The notes beneath the pieces are model-generated. The model had not been told where the DNA came from, ran no database searches, and worked only from the letters and a program-made list of their open reading frames with translations. A stretch of DNA of 64,000 nucleotides from an uncultured Candidatus Saccharibacteria bacterium (GTDB taxonomy: Bacteria; Patescibacteriota; Doudnabacteria; UBA920), in NCBI GenBank assembly GCA_964436545.1, contig CAYTCJ010000002.1, positions 26,111-90,110 of the forward strand. Direction: 5' to 3'. Positions 1 to 8,660 of the stretch are shown here, one piece after another. Positions within the stretch are counted from its first letter, which is position 1. Every line of letters starts with the position of its first letter. The position numbers and the translations under genes were made by a program.

Positions 1-1
1 T

Positions 2-961
2 GAGGGTCGTCAAACCGTTTTACCTTTAGCCGGCTACAAACAAGTTAAGCCAATGGTCTATGCGACAATTTTTCCCACCAGTGGCGACGACTACCCTTTG
101 CTGAGAGAAGCAATGGGTAAATTAAAACTTTCCGATGCGGCTGTTGAGTATGAGCCAATCAATATTCCCTCCATTGGCTTTGGGTTTCGAACCGGATTTT
201 TAGGCCTTTTGCATATGGATATTGTCCAAGAACGGCTTTCTCGGGAATACGATTTAGACTTAGTTCTCACCGCTCCCAGTGTGGAATATAGAATTATCAA
301 ATCCGATAAAACTGAAATGACAATTCATAATCCGGCTGAATTTCCCGACCCTTCGGTATTGCAGGCGATTTATGAACCGTGGATGAAAGTAGCTATTCTC
401 ACTCCGCCTGAATACATTGGTCCGATTATGGAAATCGCCACCCAACGCCGAGCCATTTCCGGAGATTTAAATTACATTGGCCAAACGCGGGTGGAAATGT
501 TTTTTGAAATGCCTCTGGCATCCATAATTATAGATTTTTATGACAAGTTAAAATCCGTATCCAGTGGCTACGCAAGTTTAAACTATGACTTTTTAGAAGA
601 ACGAATGGGGGATTTGGTTAAGGTGGATATCCTGGTGGCCGGAGAAAAAGTCGATGCGCTTTCCACCATAATGCACCGAAGCAGTGCAGTCAACGAAGGT
701 AAAGATTTAGTGGAAAGACTGAAGCAGTTAATACCCAAACATCAGTTTGAAATTGCCATTCAAGCCACCATTGGGGCAAAAGTTATTGCCAGAGAAACCA
801 TTTCCGCCTTAAGAAAAGACGTCACCGGTTACCTCTACGGCGGTGACGTGACCCGAAAAATGAAACTCCTGAACAAACAAAAAAAGGGCAAAAAACGAAT
901 GAAGCAAATTGGGAAAGTGGAAATTCCCCAAGATGCTTTTTTAGCAGTCTTAAAACAATAA
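2..961 (+). CDS. lepA: Elongation factor 4 (LepA), C-terminal part; 5' end outside the window
   Basis: GFRTGFLGLLHMDIVQERLSREY, YGGDVTRKMKLL and GKKRMKQIGKVEIPQDAF motifs; frame open from base 2. Confidence 0.97.
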   Translation, partial: EGRQTVLPLAGYKQVKPMVYATIFPTSGDDYPLLREAMGKLKLSDAAVEYEPINIPSIGFGFRTGFLGLLHMDIVQERLSREYDLDLVLTAPSVEYRIIKSDKTEMTIHNPAEFPDPSVLQAIYEPWMKVAILTPPEYIGPIMEIATQRRAISGDLNYIGQTRVEMFFEMPLASIIIDFYDKLKSVSSGYASLNYDFLEERMGDLVKVDILVAGEKVDALSTIMHRSSAVNEGKDLVERLKQLIPKHQFEIAIQATIGAKVIARETISALRKDVTGYLYGGDVTRKMKLLNKQKKGKKRMKQIGKVEIPQDAFLAVLKQ

Positions 962-964
962 CCT

Positions 965-1066
965 ATGTTTAACAACCGAAAACGCATTAACCAAATTATG
1001 TACGGGCTGGCGGTGTTAATTATTATTTCAATGGTGCTTTTAACTTTAGGCCAATCATTTTTGTAA
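965..1066 (+). CDS. 33-aa single-pass membrane peptide (DUF4044/Prli42-like pattern), not in the ORF track
   Basis: MFNNRKRINQIMYGLAVLIIISMVLLTLGQSFL*; fills the gap after the lepA stop and overlaps the next start (TAATG). Confidence 0.7.
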   Translation: MFNNRKRINQIMYGLAVLIIISMVLLTLGQSFL

Positions 1067-1539
1067 TGTTTAAATTTACTCTTCACGAAGGAGAAACTTT
1101 ATTTAAAGTCTTTAGACAATCAAAGGCGATTTTAATTTTTCCATTCATTACTTCCTTGTTTTTAATGTATATTCCTTGGAAATTTTTAATTTCTTATGAT
1201 TTAAGAGACAAATTTTCCGATGTTTTATTAATTTGGACTATCGGGGTGCTGTTGTGGATTTTTAACAAGTATCTATTGTGGTTAATAAATATTTATATCA
1301 TTACCAATAAACGCTTAATTGTCTTAAATTATAAAAATGTATTGCACAAGATCGTTTTAGAAACCCCTTTGGAACGGATACATAACATTAGTTCTGAAAT
1401 TCACGGTTTGTGGGGCTCTGTGCTTAAAATCGGCAATGTGGTGGTGCAAATCGCTTCTTTAAGCCAGCCACTGGTATTAAGCAATTTAAAATATCCGGAA
1501 AAGCTTAAAGATTTTTTGTGGCAATCTCACCTAAAATAA
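1066..1539 (+). CDS. Membrane protein with bacterial PH (bPH_2-like) domain
   Basis: Two TM segments, then YIITNKRLI...ETPLERIHNI...IGNVVVQIAS pattern. Confidence 0.75.
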   Translation: MFKFTLHEGETLFKVFRQSKAILIFPFITSLFLMYIPWKFLISYDLRDKFSDVLLIWTIGVLLWIFNKYLLWLINIYIITNKRLIVLNYKNVLHKIVLETPLERIHNISSEIHGLWGSVLKIGNVVVQIASLSQPLVLSNLKYPEKLKDFLWQSHLK

Positions 1540-1542
1540 CTT

Positions 1543-1926
1543 ATGAAAAAAGGCTTTTGGTATTCCAGATCGGCAATTTTAATTTTACTGCTTTTAGCTG
1601 TCTTTTTGGGTTATCAAAAAATTTCACAATACCGATTACAAAGCTCAATTGAAAAGGAAAAGTTGGCTCTGCAAAAACAAATTGCCGAGTTGGAAAAAAA
1701 TAATACCGATTTGGAACAAACTTTAAACTTTTTAAATTCCGAAGAATATAAAGAACTCATTGCCAGACAACAGCTGAATATGCAAAAATCCGGAGAACAG
1801 ACTTACAATTTTTCTGCCAAAAATAATTTGGCAACCGACGCCAATTCAGACACAAAGCCTCAATCAAATTTTCAAAAATGGTTAAGTTATTTTTTAAATC
1901 AAAACCCCTCTCATGCAAACAACTAG
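1543..1926 (+). CDS. Septum formation initiator (FtsB/DivIC family)
   Basis: N-terminal TM, coiled coil, EEYKELIARQQLNMQKSGE motif. Confidence 0.8.
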   Translation: MKKGFWYSRSAILILLLLAVFLGYQKISQYRLQSSIEKEKLALQKQIAELEKNNTDLEQTLNFLNSEEYKELIARQQLNMQKSGEQTYNFSAKNNLATDANSDTKPQSNFQKWLSYFLNQNPSHANN

Positions 1927-2713
1927 CTTAAAAACTTTAAAGATTTTACTTTTAGTGGGCCTAGTGGCTTTGGTGACCGCACTGTTAATTTTAACTAGCC
2001 AAAGTCCGCTTAAAGTAAAACTGTTAAAAAAATTCCCCGTACCGTTTATTTGGGTAGGCAACTTACCCATTTACAGCAACGAGTTTTTTTACCGACTATC
2101 GCTTTTACCTTTAGAATCACAGACTTTGGAAGTCAAACAAAATTTATTAAAACAATTAGTCTTTGAAAAGCAATTAAAACTGATTTTTAGCTCAAAAACT
2201 TCCGCCTTGCAAAATGCCAATCGATTTTTACAAACCTCAGAAACCGCTTATTCGTCACGTTCGCTTAAACTTGCCGGTCAAGTCAAAGCTCAAACAGATG
2301 CCTACAAATTTTGGTTTAACTCCCAAACCAATCTAAACACCGAGGCTTACAGGCGGGCCGAATATATTCTTACCAAATTAAATGAGGCCTCTGAATTTGA
2401 CGATTTAGCCAAACAATACAATCAAGACAACCTTTCCAAAGAACTAAACGGGGATTTGGGGTATGTAAAATTAAAAGCTGTGCTTTGGGAACTTCAAGAA
2501 CCGTTAGCTAAGGCGGAGGTGAATCAAGTACTGTTATTACCCAGCAGAAAAGGTCTCCATATTCTTAAGGTGCAAAATAAAAAGCCTGTGGAAAATCAAG
2601 AAACTATGCTATACTTAAAGCAAATTTTTATCCAGCCAGCTGATTTTTCTGCTTGGGTAAATACACAATCGAAAAAAATAAAAATAATCTCTTTACTAAA
2701 AATTTATGAATAA
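1913..2713 (+). CDS. Membrane-anchored parvulin-type peptidyl-prolyl isomerase (PrsA/SurA-like)
   Basis: FDDLAKQYNQD..SKELNGDLGY and SRKGLHILKV parvulin motifs. Confidence 0.8.
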   Translation: MQTTSLKTLKILLLVGLVALVTALLILTSQSPLKVKLLKKFPVPFIWVGNLPIYSNEFFYRLSLLPLESQTLEVKQNLLKQLVFEKQLKLIFSSKTSALQNANRFLQTSETAYSSRSLKLAGQVKAQTDAYKFWFNSQTNLNTEAYRRAEYILTKLNEASEFDDLAKQYNQDNLSKELNGDLGYVKLKAVLWELQEPLAKAEVNQVLLLPSRKGLHILKVQNKKPVENQETMLYLKQIFIQPADFSAWVNTQSKKIKIISLLKIYE

Positions 2714-4454
2714 CGACGTAGTTAAGTACATTGAAGAGGCTACTAATGCCAAAATTAGTGAGCTGGAAATTAAGAGGAATTTACTGGAAGCCGGATGGGA
2801 CCCGAGCATAGTTGAGGCTTCCTGGGCTCATTATAAAGCAAATAAAAACCGGCCCATTGCAAATAAAGACGAAGAATTAACTCTTAAACCCTTAAATACC
2901 TCACCGGCTGAACCATTAAAGACTAGTAGTGCTCAGTTGGCAACCAAGCAAATCCCAACCGATCATCCGGCGATTGGCTTAAGGTTAAATAAAAAATTAA
3001 AATTAGTTATTTTAGCTGTTCTGGGTTTATTTTTTCTTGTGGCTCTCGCCTATGTTTTTTATACCTATGTCTACGCCAGCCCCGGCAGAATTTGGGAAAA
3101 ATTTACCGAGCAATCACCCGAAAAAGTTTTTTCTAATGAATTTGAATTCGCTTATACCGATGAAACAAACTCTGAGCCGGTTGACGAAAAAACTCTCCCC
3201 ATAAAAAATTTAAAACTTAGCTTAAATGGTAAGGCGTATAACGATGTCCGTAACCAAGAAACTTCTCAAAGCAGTTCTGAAATAAACTATGCTTTTACCA
3301 ACGGCAACACCACTATTTCTACCGGATTTAGCTATAAACTTTTTGACAACAAACTATACATTAATGTGGGGGATAATCCTTACTTAAGCTCAATGCTATC
3401 CCAGCTGGATCCTGATAAAAAAATTGAATGGTTGATGCTAGATTTAAATAAACTCAAAGCCAAACTAAACAGTGAAAACGCGAAGGAGTTAAACCAAATC
3501 AACGGGGTCTTGAATCCGGAGTTAACCGCGGATTTAAAACAGTTATGGCAAAATACCACCTTGGTTAAAATTGACAAATTCTTAGGTAAAGAAAAAATTA
3601 ACGGCATTGGCACCTTCCATTTTAGTCATTCACTCGATAAACAAGCTCTGACAGCAACCCTAAATGCATTGGTGGACAAATTAATGGGCGCGGTAAATAA
3701 AAACGGTCAGAAAATTTCCCTTGAACAACTACAACTTGTTAAAACCACTCTCAGCGAAATAGTGGCAAAAATTGAAATTCAAAGCTTTGAAACTTGGGTT
3801 GGAACCAAAGACTTTAGGCTTTACAAAGTTAAATTGCAAACTAACGCACCCTCTATAATTTCCATAATCGATGTTGCTTTTAAAGAAGTCAGAGGAAAAT
3901 CCCGAGATGCCAAAAGACTGGCGGATATCAGACAAATGGCCAGTGCCTTGGAATTATATTTCAATGATAAAGGCAAATATCCGGAAGGCAAAGAGGGGAG
4001 TCCGGTAAATCTTGCACCAAATTATATTGGCTTAGTGCCCACAGCCCCCACTCCGGCCGATGGCAATTGCACAGACTACTTTAATACTTATTGGTATGAA
4101 CAAAAAAATAAAGGCCAATCCTATGAATATTCTTTTTGTATTGCCGAGGATGTAGGGGGCTACAAAGCCGGCATTCTAAAATTAACCCCGTCGGGAATAA
4201 CGGAAGTAAAAGAGTGTCCCACCACACCGGACAAATGCTATAAAACCGGAAGCAAAATTGAAACAAGTGAATCTGAAACTACAGCCAAACAAAACACGGA
4301 ACTCCAAATAAAAGATATGGTTGATAAAATCAAATTTAGTGCCGGCCTAAGCCTTAGCGCCGAATATTCCGATTATGGCGTAGTTAAACCCATTACAGCG
4401 CCTGAAGGAGCTTTTGACTTAGTTGATTATATTGATAATCAGCCTGGGTTATAA
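2706..4454 (+). CDS. Membrane-anchored surface protein with an internal pilin/GspG-like head domain
   Basis: One TM near aa 100-122; KSRDAKRLADIRQMASALELYFNDKGKYP at 3897-4199. Confidence 0.7.
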   Translation: MNNDVVKYIEEATNAKISELEIKRNLLEAGWDPSIVEASWAHYKANKNRPIANKDEELTLKPLNTSPAEPLKTSSAQLATKQIPTDHPAIGLRLNKKLKLVILAVLGLFFLVALAYVFYTYVYASPGRIWEKFTEQSPEKVFSNEFEFAYTDETNSEPVDEKTLPIKNLKLSLNGKAYNDVRNQETSQSSSEINYAFTNGNTTISTGFSYKLFDNKLYINVGDNPYLSSMLSQLDPDKKIEWLMLDLNKLKAKLNSENAKELNQINGVLNPELTADLKQLWQNTTLVKIDKFLGKEKINGIGTFHFSHSLDKQALTATLNALVDKLMGAVNKNGQKISLEQLQLVKTTLSEIVAKIEIQSFETWVGTKDFRLYKVKLQTNAPSIISIIDVAFKEVRGKSRDAKRLADIRQMASALELYFNDKGKYPEGKEGSPVNLAPNYIGLVPTAPTPADGNCTDYFNTYWYEQKNKGQSYEYSFCIAEDVGGYKAGILKLTPSGITEVKECPTTPDKCYKTGSKIETSESETTAKQNTELQIKDMVDKIKFSAGLSLSAEYSDYGVVKPITAPEGAFDLVDYIDNQPGL

Positions 4455-4462
4455 AAATCTTT

Positions 4463-4882
4463 ATGTTGCTTAAACCACTCAAAAATTCGGAAAAAGGCTT
4501 TATTATCTTTCCCGGATTAGAAGGATTAGCCATAATTGCGGGAACTGTAGCTTCTGTGGTTTTGTTAACCTTAAACTCTGCCAGACTCAAATCCAGAGAT
4601 GCAAAACGTTTGGCGGACATCAGAGTTATCTCATCTTCACTGGAATTGTATTACGATGCACATTCCACATACCCGGAAAATTTAAAGTTACTAGAACCTC
4701 TATATATTGGTACGATTCCAACCCCACCCACGCCCCCTGATGGCAATTGCACAACGGAACAAAATAATTATAATTATACTAGAATTAATAAAAGTCAATA
4801 TTCATTAACTTTTTGTTTGGGACAAACTACTTCTAGCTATCACTTGGGAGTTAGAACACTCACTGAAAAGGGGATTAAATAA
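4463..4882 (+). CDS. Type IV pilin/pseudopilin-like (GspG-like) protein with atypical leader
   Basis: KG|F cleavage-like site, hydrophobic helix, ARLKSRDAKRLADIR..LELYY..YP, Cys pair. Confidence 0.8.
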   Translation: MLLKPLKNSEKGFIIFPGLEGLAIIAGTVASVVLLTLNSARLKSRDAKRLADIRVISSSLELYYDAHSTYPENLKLLEPLYIGTIPTPPTPPDGNCTTEQNNYNYTRINKSQYSLTFCLGQTTSSYHLGVRTLTEKGIK

Positions 4883-4883
4883 C

Positions 4884-5684
4884 ATGAAAATTGGTATTTT
4901 CGATTCAGGTTTAGGCGGTTTGGTAATCACCAAAGCAATTATTAGACTTTTACCCCAATACGATTATATTTACTTAGGCGACACCAAGCATTTACCTTAT
5001 GGTGAAAAGTCCCCAGCGGAGATTTACCGCTTAACCAGACAAGCGGTTGATTTTTTATTTAAAAACCAGTGTCAACTCGTAATTGTGGCGTGCAATACCG
5101 CTTCGGCTTTGGCTTTAAGAAAAATTCAACAACAATATCTGCCAAAAAAATATCCGGATAAGAGAGTCTTGGGCGTCATTATACCCACCTTGGAAGAGGC
5201 AAGCTATAAACTGAAACACAAAAATTTTGGAGTTATTGGCACAAAAGCCACAATTCATTCCCACATTTATAAAAAAGAACTGCAAAAAATCGATTCTCAG
5301 GCTAAAATCCGGGAAATTGCCACTCCAAAACTAGTGCCGCTAATTGAAAAAAATGCTTTACAAACAGCACAAAAATATTTAAAATTATACCTAAAGCCCT
5401 TAATTAACCAAAAGCTTGATGCGCTTATTTTAGGCTGTACGCATTACCCTTTACTTAAGGAAACTTGCCAAATATTATTAGGCAAAGAAGTGGCGATTAT
5501 CAGTCAGGACGAAATTATTCCAAAAAAACTTGCTTACTACCTAAAAAAGCACCCGAGTATGGCAAGTAAGCTATCTAAGCATAAAGCAAGAAGTTTTTTT
5601 GTTTCGGCTAAAAATAAAACCTTTGCCACCGTTGCAAAACAGCTTTTTGGAAAAGCTATTCCATTTAACTTAGCTAAGTATTAA
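4884..5684 (+). CDS. murI: Glutamate racemase
   Basis: IGIFDSGLGG, VACNTASA and LGCTHYP catalytic motifs. Confidence 0.97.
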   Translation: MKIGIFDSGLGGLVITKAIIRLLPQYDYIYLGDTKHLPYGEKSPAEIYRLTRQAVDFLFKNQCQLVIVACNTASALALRKIQQQYLPKKYPDKRVLGVIIPTLEEASYKLKHKNFGVIGTKATIHSHIYKKELQKIDSQAKIREIATPKLVPLIEKNALQTAQKYLKLYLKPLINQKLDALILGCTHYPLLKETCQILLGKEVAIISQDEIIPKKLAYYLKKHPSMASKLSKHKARSFFVSAKNKTFATVAKQLFGKAIPFNLAKY

Positions 5685-5735
5685 TTTGCAAGGATTACCG
5701 GTGCTCGCCCTGTTAAATCTCTGGCCAAGAAGCTC

Positions 5736-5751
5736 TCCGCCAGCTGGCGGA
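5736..5751. repeat. Perfect 16-bp palindrome TCCGCCAGCTGGCGGA (REP-like); near copy at 27619-27636
   Basis: Direct reading; second copy ATCCGCCAACTGGCGGAT. Confidence 0.85.
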
Positions 5752-5779
5752 TGGTAGACCTGCCCGCCAGTCGCCTAGC

Positions 5780-5855
5780 GCCGAAATAGCTCAACTGGTA
5801 GAGCAGCGGTATCGTAAACCGCAGGTTGTGGGTTCAAGTCCCACTTTCGGCTCCA
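5780..5855 (+). tRNA. tRNA-Thr(CGT)
   Basis: Cloverleaf GCCGAAA...TTTCGGC-T-CCA; anticodon arm GCGGT-ATCGTAA-ACCGC; GTTCAAGTC T-loop. Confidence 0.95.
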
Positions 5856-6018
5856 TAAATAACAGGGTAAAGTAAACCATAGGCATGCCCCGCAGTAATC
5901 CGTAAGGATTTACTACCGAGGTCGTAAGTTTCCCCCCACGTCAAGACTTCGGGGACAGGCAATTTTGATCTTCGTCTCCAACAAACTAAAAAAAACTTTC
6001 TGTCAAGCCTTTTAACTC

Positions 6019-6047
6019 TTGACATAAAAAGTCATTTTTTCTATTAT
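6019..6047 (+). promoter_or_regulatory. Sigma70-type promoter for the atp operon
   Basis: TTGACA-N17-TATTAT upstream of 6083. Confidence 0.6.
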
Positions 6048-6082
6048 TTAAGCGGAAATATAAAAAGTAAAAGCCAATCTTA

Positions 6083-6430
6083 ATGAATAAACCAATAAAT
6101 AAAGATGACTTTATTGTGCCGGGAAGAATTAGCCTGGACGAGCTTCATAAACAGGAAAACGATTTAAAAGAAGCGCAAAAGGCGACCTCTGGTAACGCCA
6201 CCTCTTCTCAAAAAATTTTTAAAGCGGTTTCGCTTTATGGGGTAGCTATTGATTTTGCTTTAATTATTGCCATCCCGCTTATTGTGTTAGTGTGGGTGGG
6301 AAAATTTTTAGATGATAAATACGAGACTAAGTTTTTTATATTGATTGGTTTAGCAATAGCCTTAATTGTAAGTATTATTGGTTTAAAAAATCAAATTAAA
6401 CGCTTACAAGAATTAATGAAGAAAAAATAA
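6083..6430 (+). CDS. AtpZ/AtpI-family ATP synthase accessory protein
   Basis: Two TMs with GKFLDDKY motif; first gene of the atp operon. Confidence 0.8.
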   Translation: MNKPINKDDFIVPGRISLDELHKQENDLKEAQKATSGNATSSQKIFKAVSLYGVAIDFALIIAIPLIVLVWVGKFLDDKYETKFFILIGLAIALIVSIIGLKNQIKRLQELMKKK

Positions 6431-7287
6431 TGTTACTACTTTTACCTCCTTTAGCGGCTGAAACACTTTTTACCATTAAAAGTTTTCCCATTAGTAATTC
6501 GTTAATCAACTCCTCCATCGCAGTGGTGCTTTTTGGTATTTTGGCTTTTTTTGTAAATCGGGGAATAAAAAAATACTATTCTAAACCCATTGCCCCAAAA
6601 GCCTTTATTAATTTCTGCGAATGGGTAATTGAAACGCTTTTCGGTTATTTCGATCAAGTCACCGGCGATAGAAAAAAAACCATAAAATTTTTGCCAATTG
6701 TAGGCAGTTTTTTCTTTTTTATTTTAATCTCCAACTGGATGGGTTTGTTGCCAGGCACCGGTTCTTTGGGTTTGTATGGACTCCACCATGGAAAAATTGA
6801 ACTTATTCCACTCCTCAGACCTGCCAACGCAGACCTCAATACCACCTTGGGTTTGGCAATTTTTGCCGTAATCGCTTCCCATGTTTTGGGAATTATGGCA
6901 ATTGGCTTTTTTAAATACGCCAATAAATTCATTAAACTCGGAGATATTTACAAAGCCATTATTAGCTTTAATCCGGTAAAAATCTTGGTGGCAGTAATTG
7001 AATTTTTTGTAGGTTTTATTGAAATTTTTTCCGAAGTGGCTAAAATGGTGTCGTTATCTTTGCGGTTATATGGTAACATTTTTGCCGGCGAAGTCTTACT
7101 TACTGTCATTGCCTCATTAATTCAAGGTTATGGAGCTTTTGGGATTCCCTTACCCTTTATTGCTTTGGAACTGATTGTGGGGATTGTGCAGGCAACCGTA
7201 TTTTCTATGTTAACTTTGGTTTACCTGACCATTGCCACAGCAGAAATTCATTCTCACGAAGCGGAAGGTGAGGCCCATACTGCCTAA
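6430..7287 (+). CDS. atpB: ATP synthase Fo subunit a
   Basis: SNWMGLLPG, RPANADLN, SLSLRLYGNIFAGE, VQATVFSML. Confidence 0.97.
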   Translation: MLLLLPPLAAETLFTIKSFPISNSLINSSIAVVLFGILAFFVNRGIKKYYSKPIAPKAFINFCEWVIETLFGYFDQVTGDRKKTIKFLPIVGSFFFFILISNWMGLLPGTGSLGLYGLHHGKIELIPLLRPANADLNTTLGLAIFAVIASHVLGIMAIGFFKYANKFIKLGDIYKAIISFNPVKILVAVIEFFVGFIEIFSEVAKMVSLSLRLYGNIFAGEVLLTVIASLIQGYGAFGIPLPFIALELIVGIVQATVFSMLTLVYLTIATAEIHSHEAEGEAHTA

Positions 7288-7406
7288 ATTATTTTTAGCA
7301 TCTAAAATCTAATTGCTTTGGATTTTAGAATTTAAATTTAATCTCACCACAGGCGACATTAAACTAACAAAATCAACTTGTCGACCAAGGTGACGAAAGG
7401 AAAATT

Positions 7407-7625
7407 ATGGATGCAGAAACAACTCAACTTTTAGCCAAGGCCGGAACCATTGCCATTGGGGGAATGATGCCAGCTTACGCAATTGGCAAAACCGCCACTA
7501 AGGCTATGGAAAGTATAGGCAGAAACCCAGAAGCCGCGGAAAAACTCTTCGTGCCATTGTTGTTAGGTATGGCTTTTGCGGAAGCCATTGCCATTTACGC
7601 TTTGGTAGTAACCTTTACGCTTTAA
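7407..7625 (+). CDS. atpE: ATP synthase Fo subunit c (likely H+-coupled)
   Basis: IGRNPEA loop and FAEAIAIY carboxylate; SD AAAGGA at 7396-7401. Confidence 0.96.
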   Translation: MDAETTQLLAKAGTIAIGGMMPAYAIGKTATKAMESIGRNPEAAEKLFVPLLLGMAFAEAIAIYALVVTFTL

Positions 7626-7696
7626 TTTGTTGGCAAATTGGCGCCCCAAAATTTGGGGCTCCAGCTTTGCAAATAAATAATTATTAACCAACACTT

Positions 7697-8263
7697 ATGG
7701 AAATATTAGATATTATTGTAAAAGTTGCTTATGCCGCTAAAGAAACAACCGCGGAAGCAGAAAATGCCAATCCGGGTTTACTTGGCACCTTTGGCATAAA
7801 CTGGAAACTGTTTATTGCTCAACTGATTAATTTCAGCATTGTGGTTTTTTTGTTAAGTAAATATGTGTTTGGTCCCATTTCCAAAAAATTATCCGAGCGC
7901 AGTGAAAAAATTCAAATTGCCTTAGATGATGCCAAACGCATTGAAGAAGAAAAAGCCGAATTTGAAGCATGGAAAACCGATGCCGAAACCAAGGCCAGAC
8001 AAGAAGCCTCCAATATAATTACCTCGGCCACCACAGAGGCTGAAATGCAAAAAAAACAAATTTTGGAGCAAACTCGTTTGGAGCAAAGTAAAATCGTGGC
8101 CGGCGCCAAAGCCCAAATTGCAGACGAGGAAGCCAAAATGGTAAGTAGTGTAAAAGGCGAAATGGCGGACATGATTACCAAAGCCACGGAAAAAGTTTTA
8201 CACGAAAAAATCGATCCGAAGAAAGATTCGGAATTAATAAAGAAAGCTTTAAAAGAAATCTAG
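7697..8263 (+). CDS. atpF: ATP synthase Fo subunit b
   Basis: GINWKLFIAQLINF..FGPI..LSERSEKI coiled coil; operon position. Confidence 0.95.
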   Translation: MEILDIIVKVAYAAKETTAEAENANPGLLGTFGINWKLFIAQLINFSIVVFLLSKYVFGPISKKLSERSEKIQIALDDAKRIEEEKAEFEAWKTDAETKARQEASNIITSATTEAEMQKKQILEQTRLEQSKIVAGAKAQIADEEAKMVSSVKGEMADMITKATEKVLHEKIDPKKDSELIKKALKEI

Positions 8264-8266
8264 GCA

Positions 8267-8656
8267 ATGAAATTTACACCCAAACATTATGCCAGCGCCT
8301 TATTTTCCGCTTTAAATGAAACTGAGGCAAAATCTCACGATAAGGTTTTAGATAATTTTGTAGAAATTTTGCGCGCCAATGGTGATTTAAGTAAATTTCC
8401 GGAAATTGAATCGGAACTCAACCTTTTAACTTTAAAACAAAGAGGGATTTTGCCGGTAAACGTTACTACTGCCCGAAGCATAGATAACCCCGGAGTTTTA
8501 AAGGATTTAAATAATATTGTGGCCGGAAAGACCGAAGTAAAAAACCAAGTGGACAATTCCATACTGGGCGGAGTGGTAATACGTTCCGAAGATATTCTGT
8601 TTGACTCAAGTATAAAAACGCAATTAAACAACCTAAATCAATCATTAAAATCCTAA
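8267..8656 (+). CDS. atpH: ATP synthase F1 subunit delta (short form)
   Basis: YASALF N-terminus; [23 protein letters not shown]-terminus. Confidence 0.9.
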   Translation: MKFTPKHYASALFSALNETEAKSHDKVLDNFVEILRANGDLSKFPEIESELNLLTLKQRGILPVNVTTARSIDNPGVLKDLNNIVAGKTEVKNQVDNSILGGVVIRSEDILFDSSIKTQLNNLNQSLKS

Positions 8657-8660
8657 ATTT

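Noticed and set aside
5834-6025. 63-aa minus-strand ORF, representative of the many 60-170-aa antisense or shadow ORFs in the track
   Set aside because: They overlap a tRNA or well-supported genes and show no motifs or start signals.
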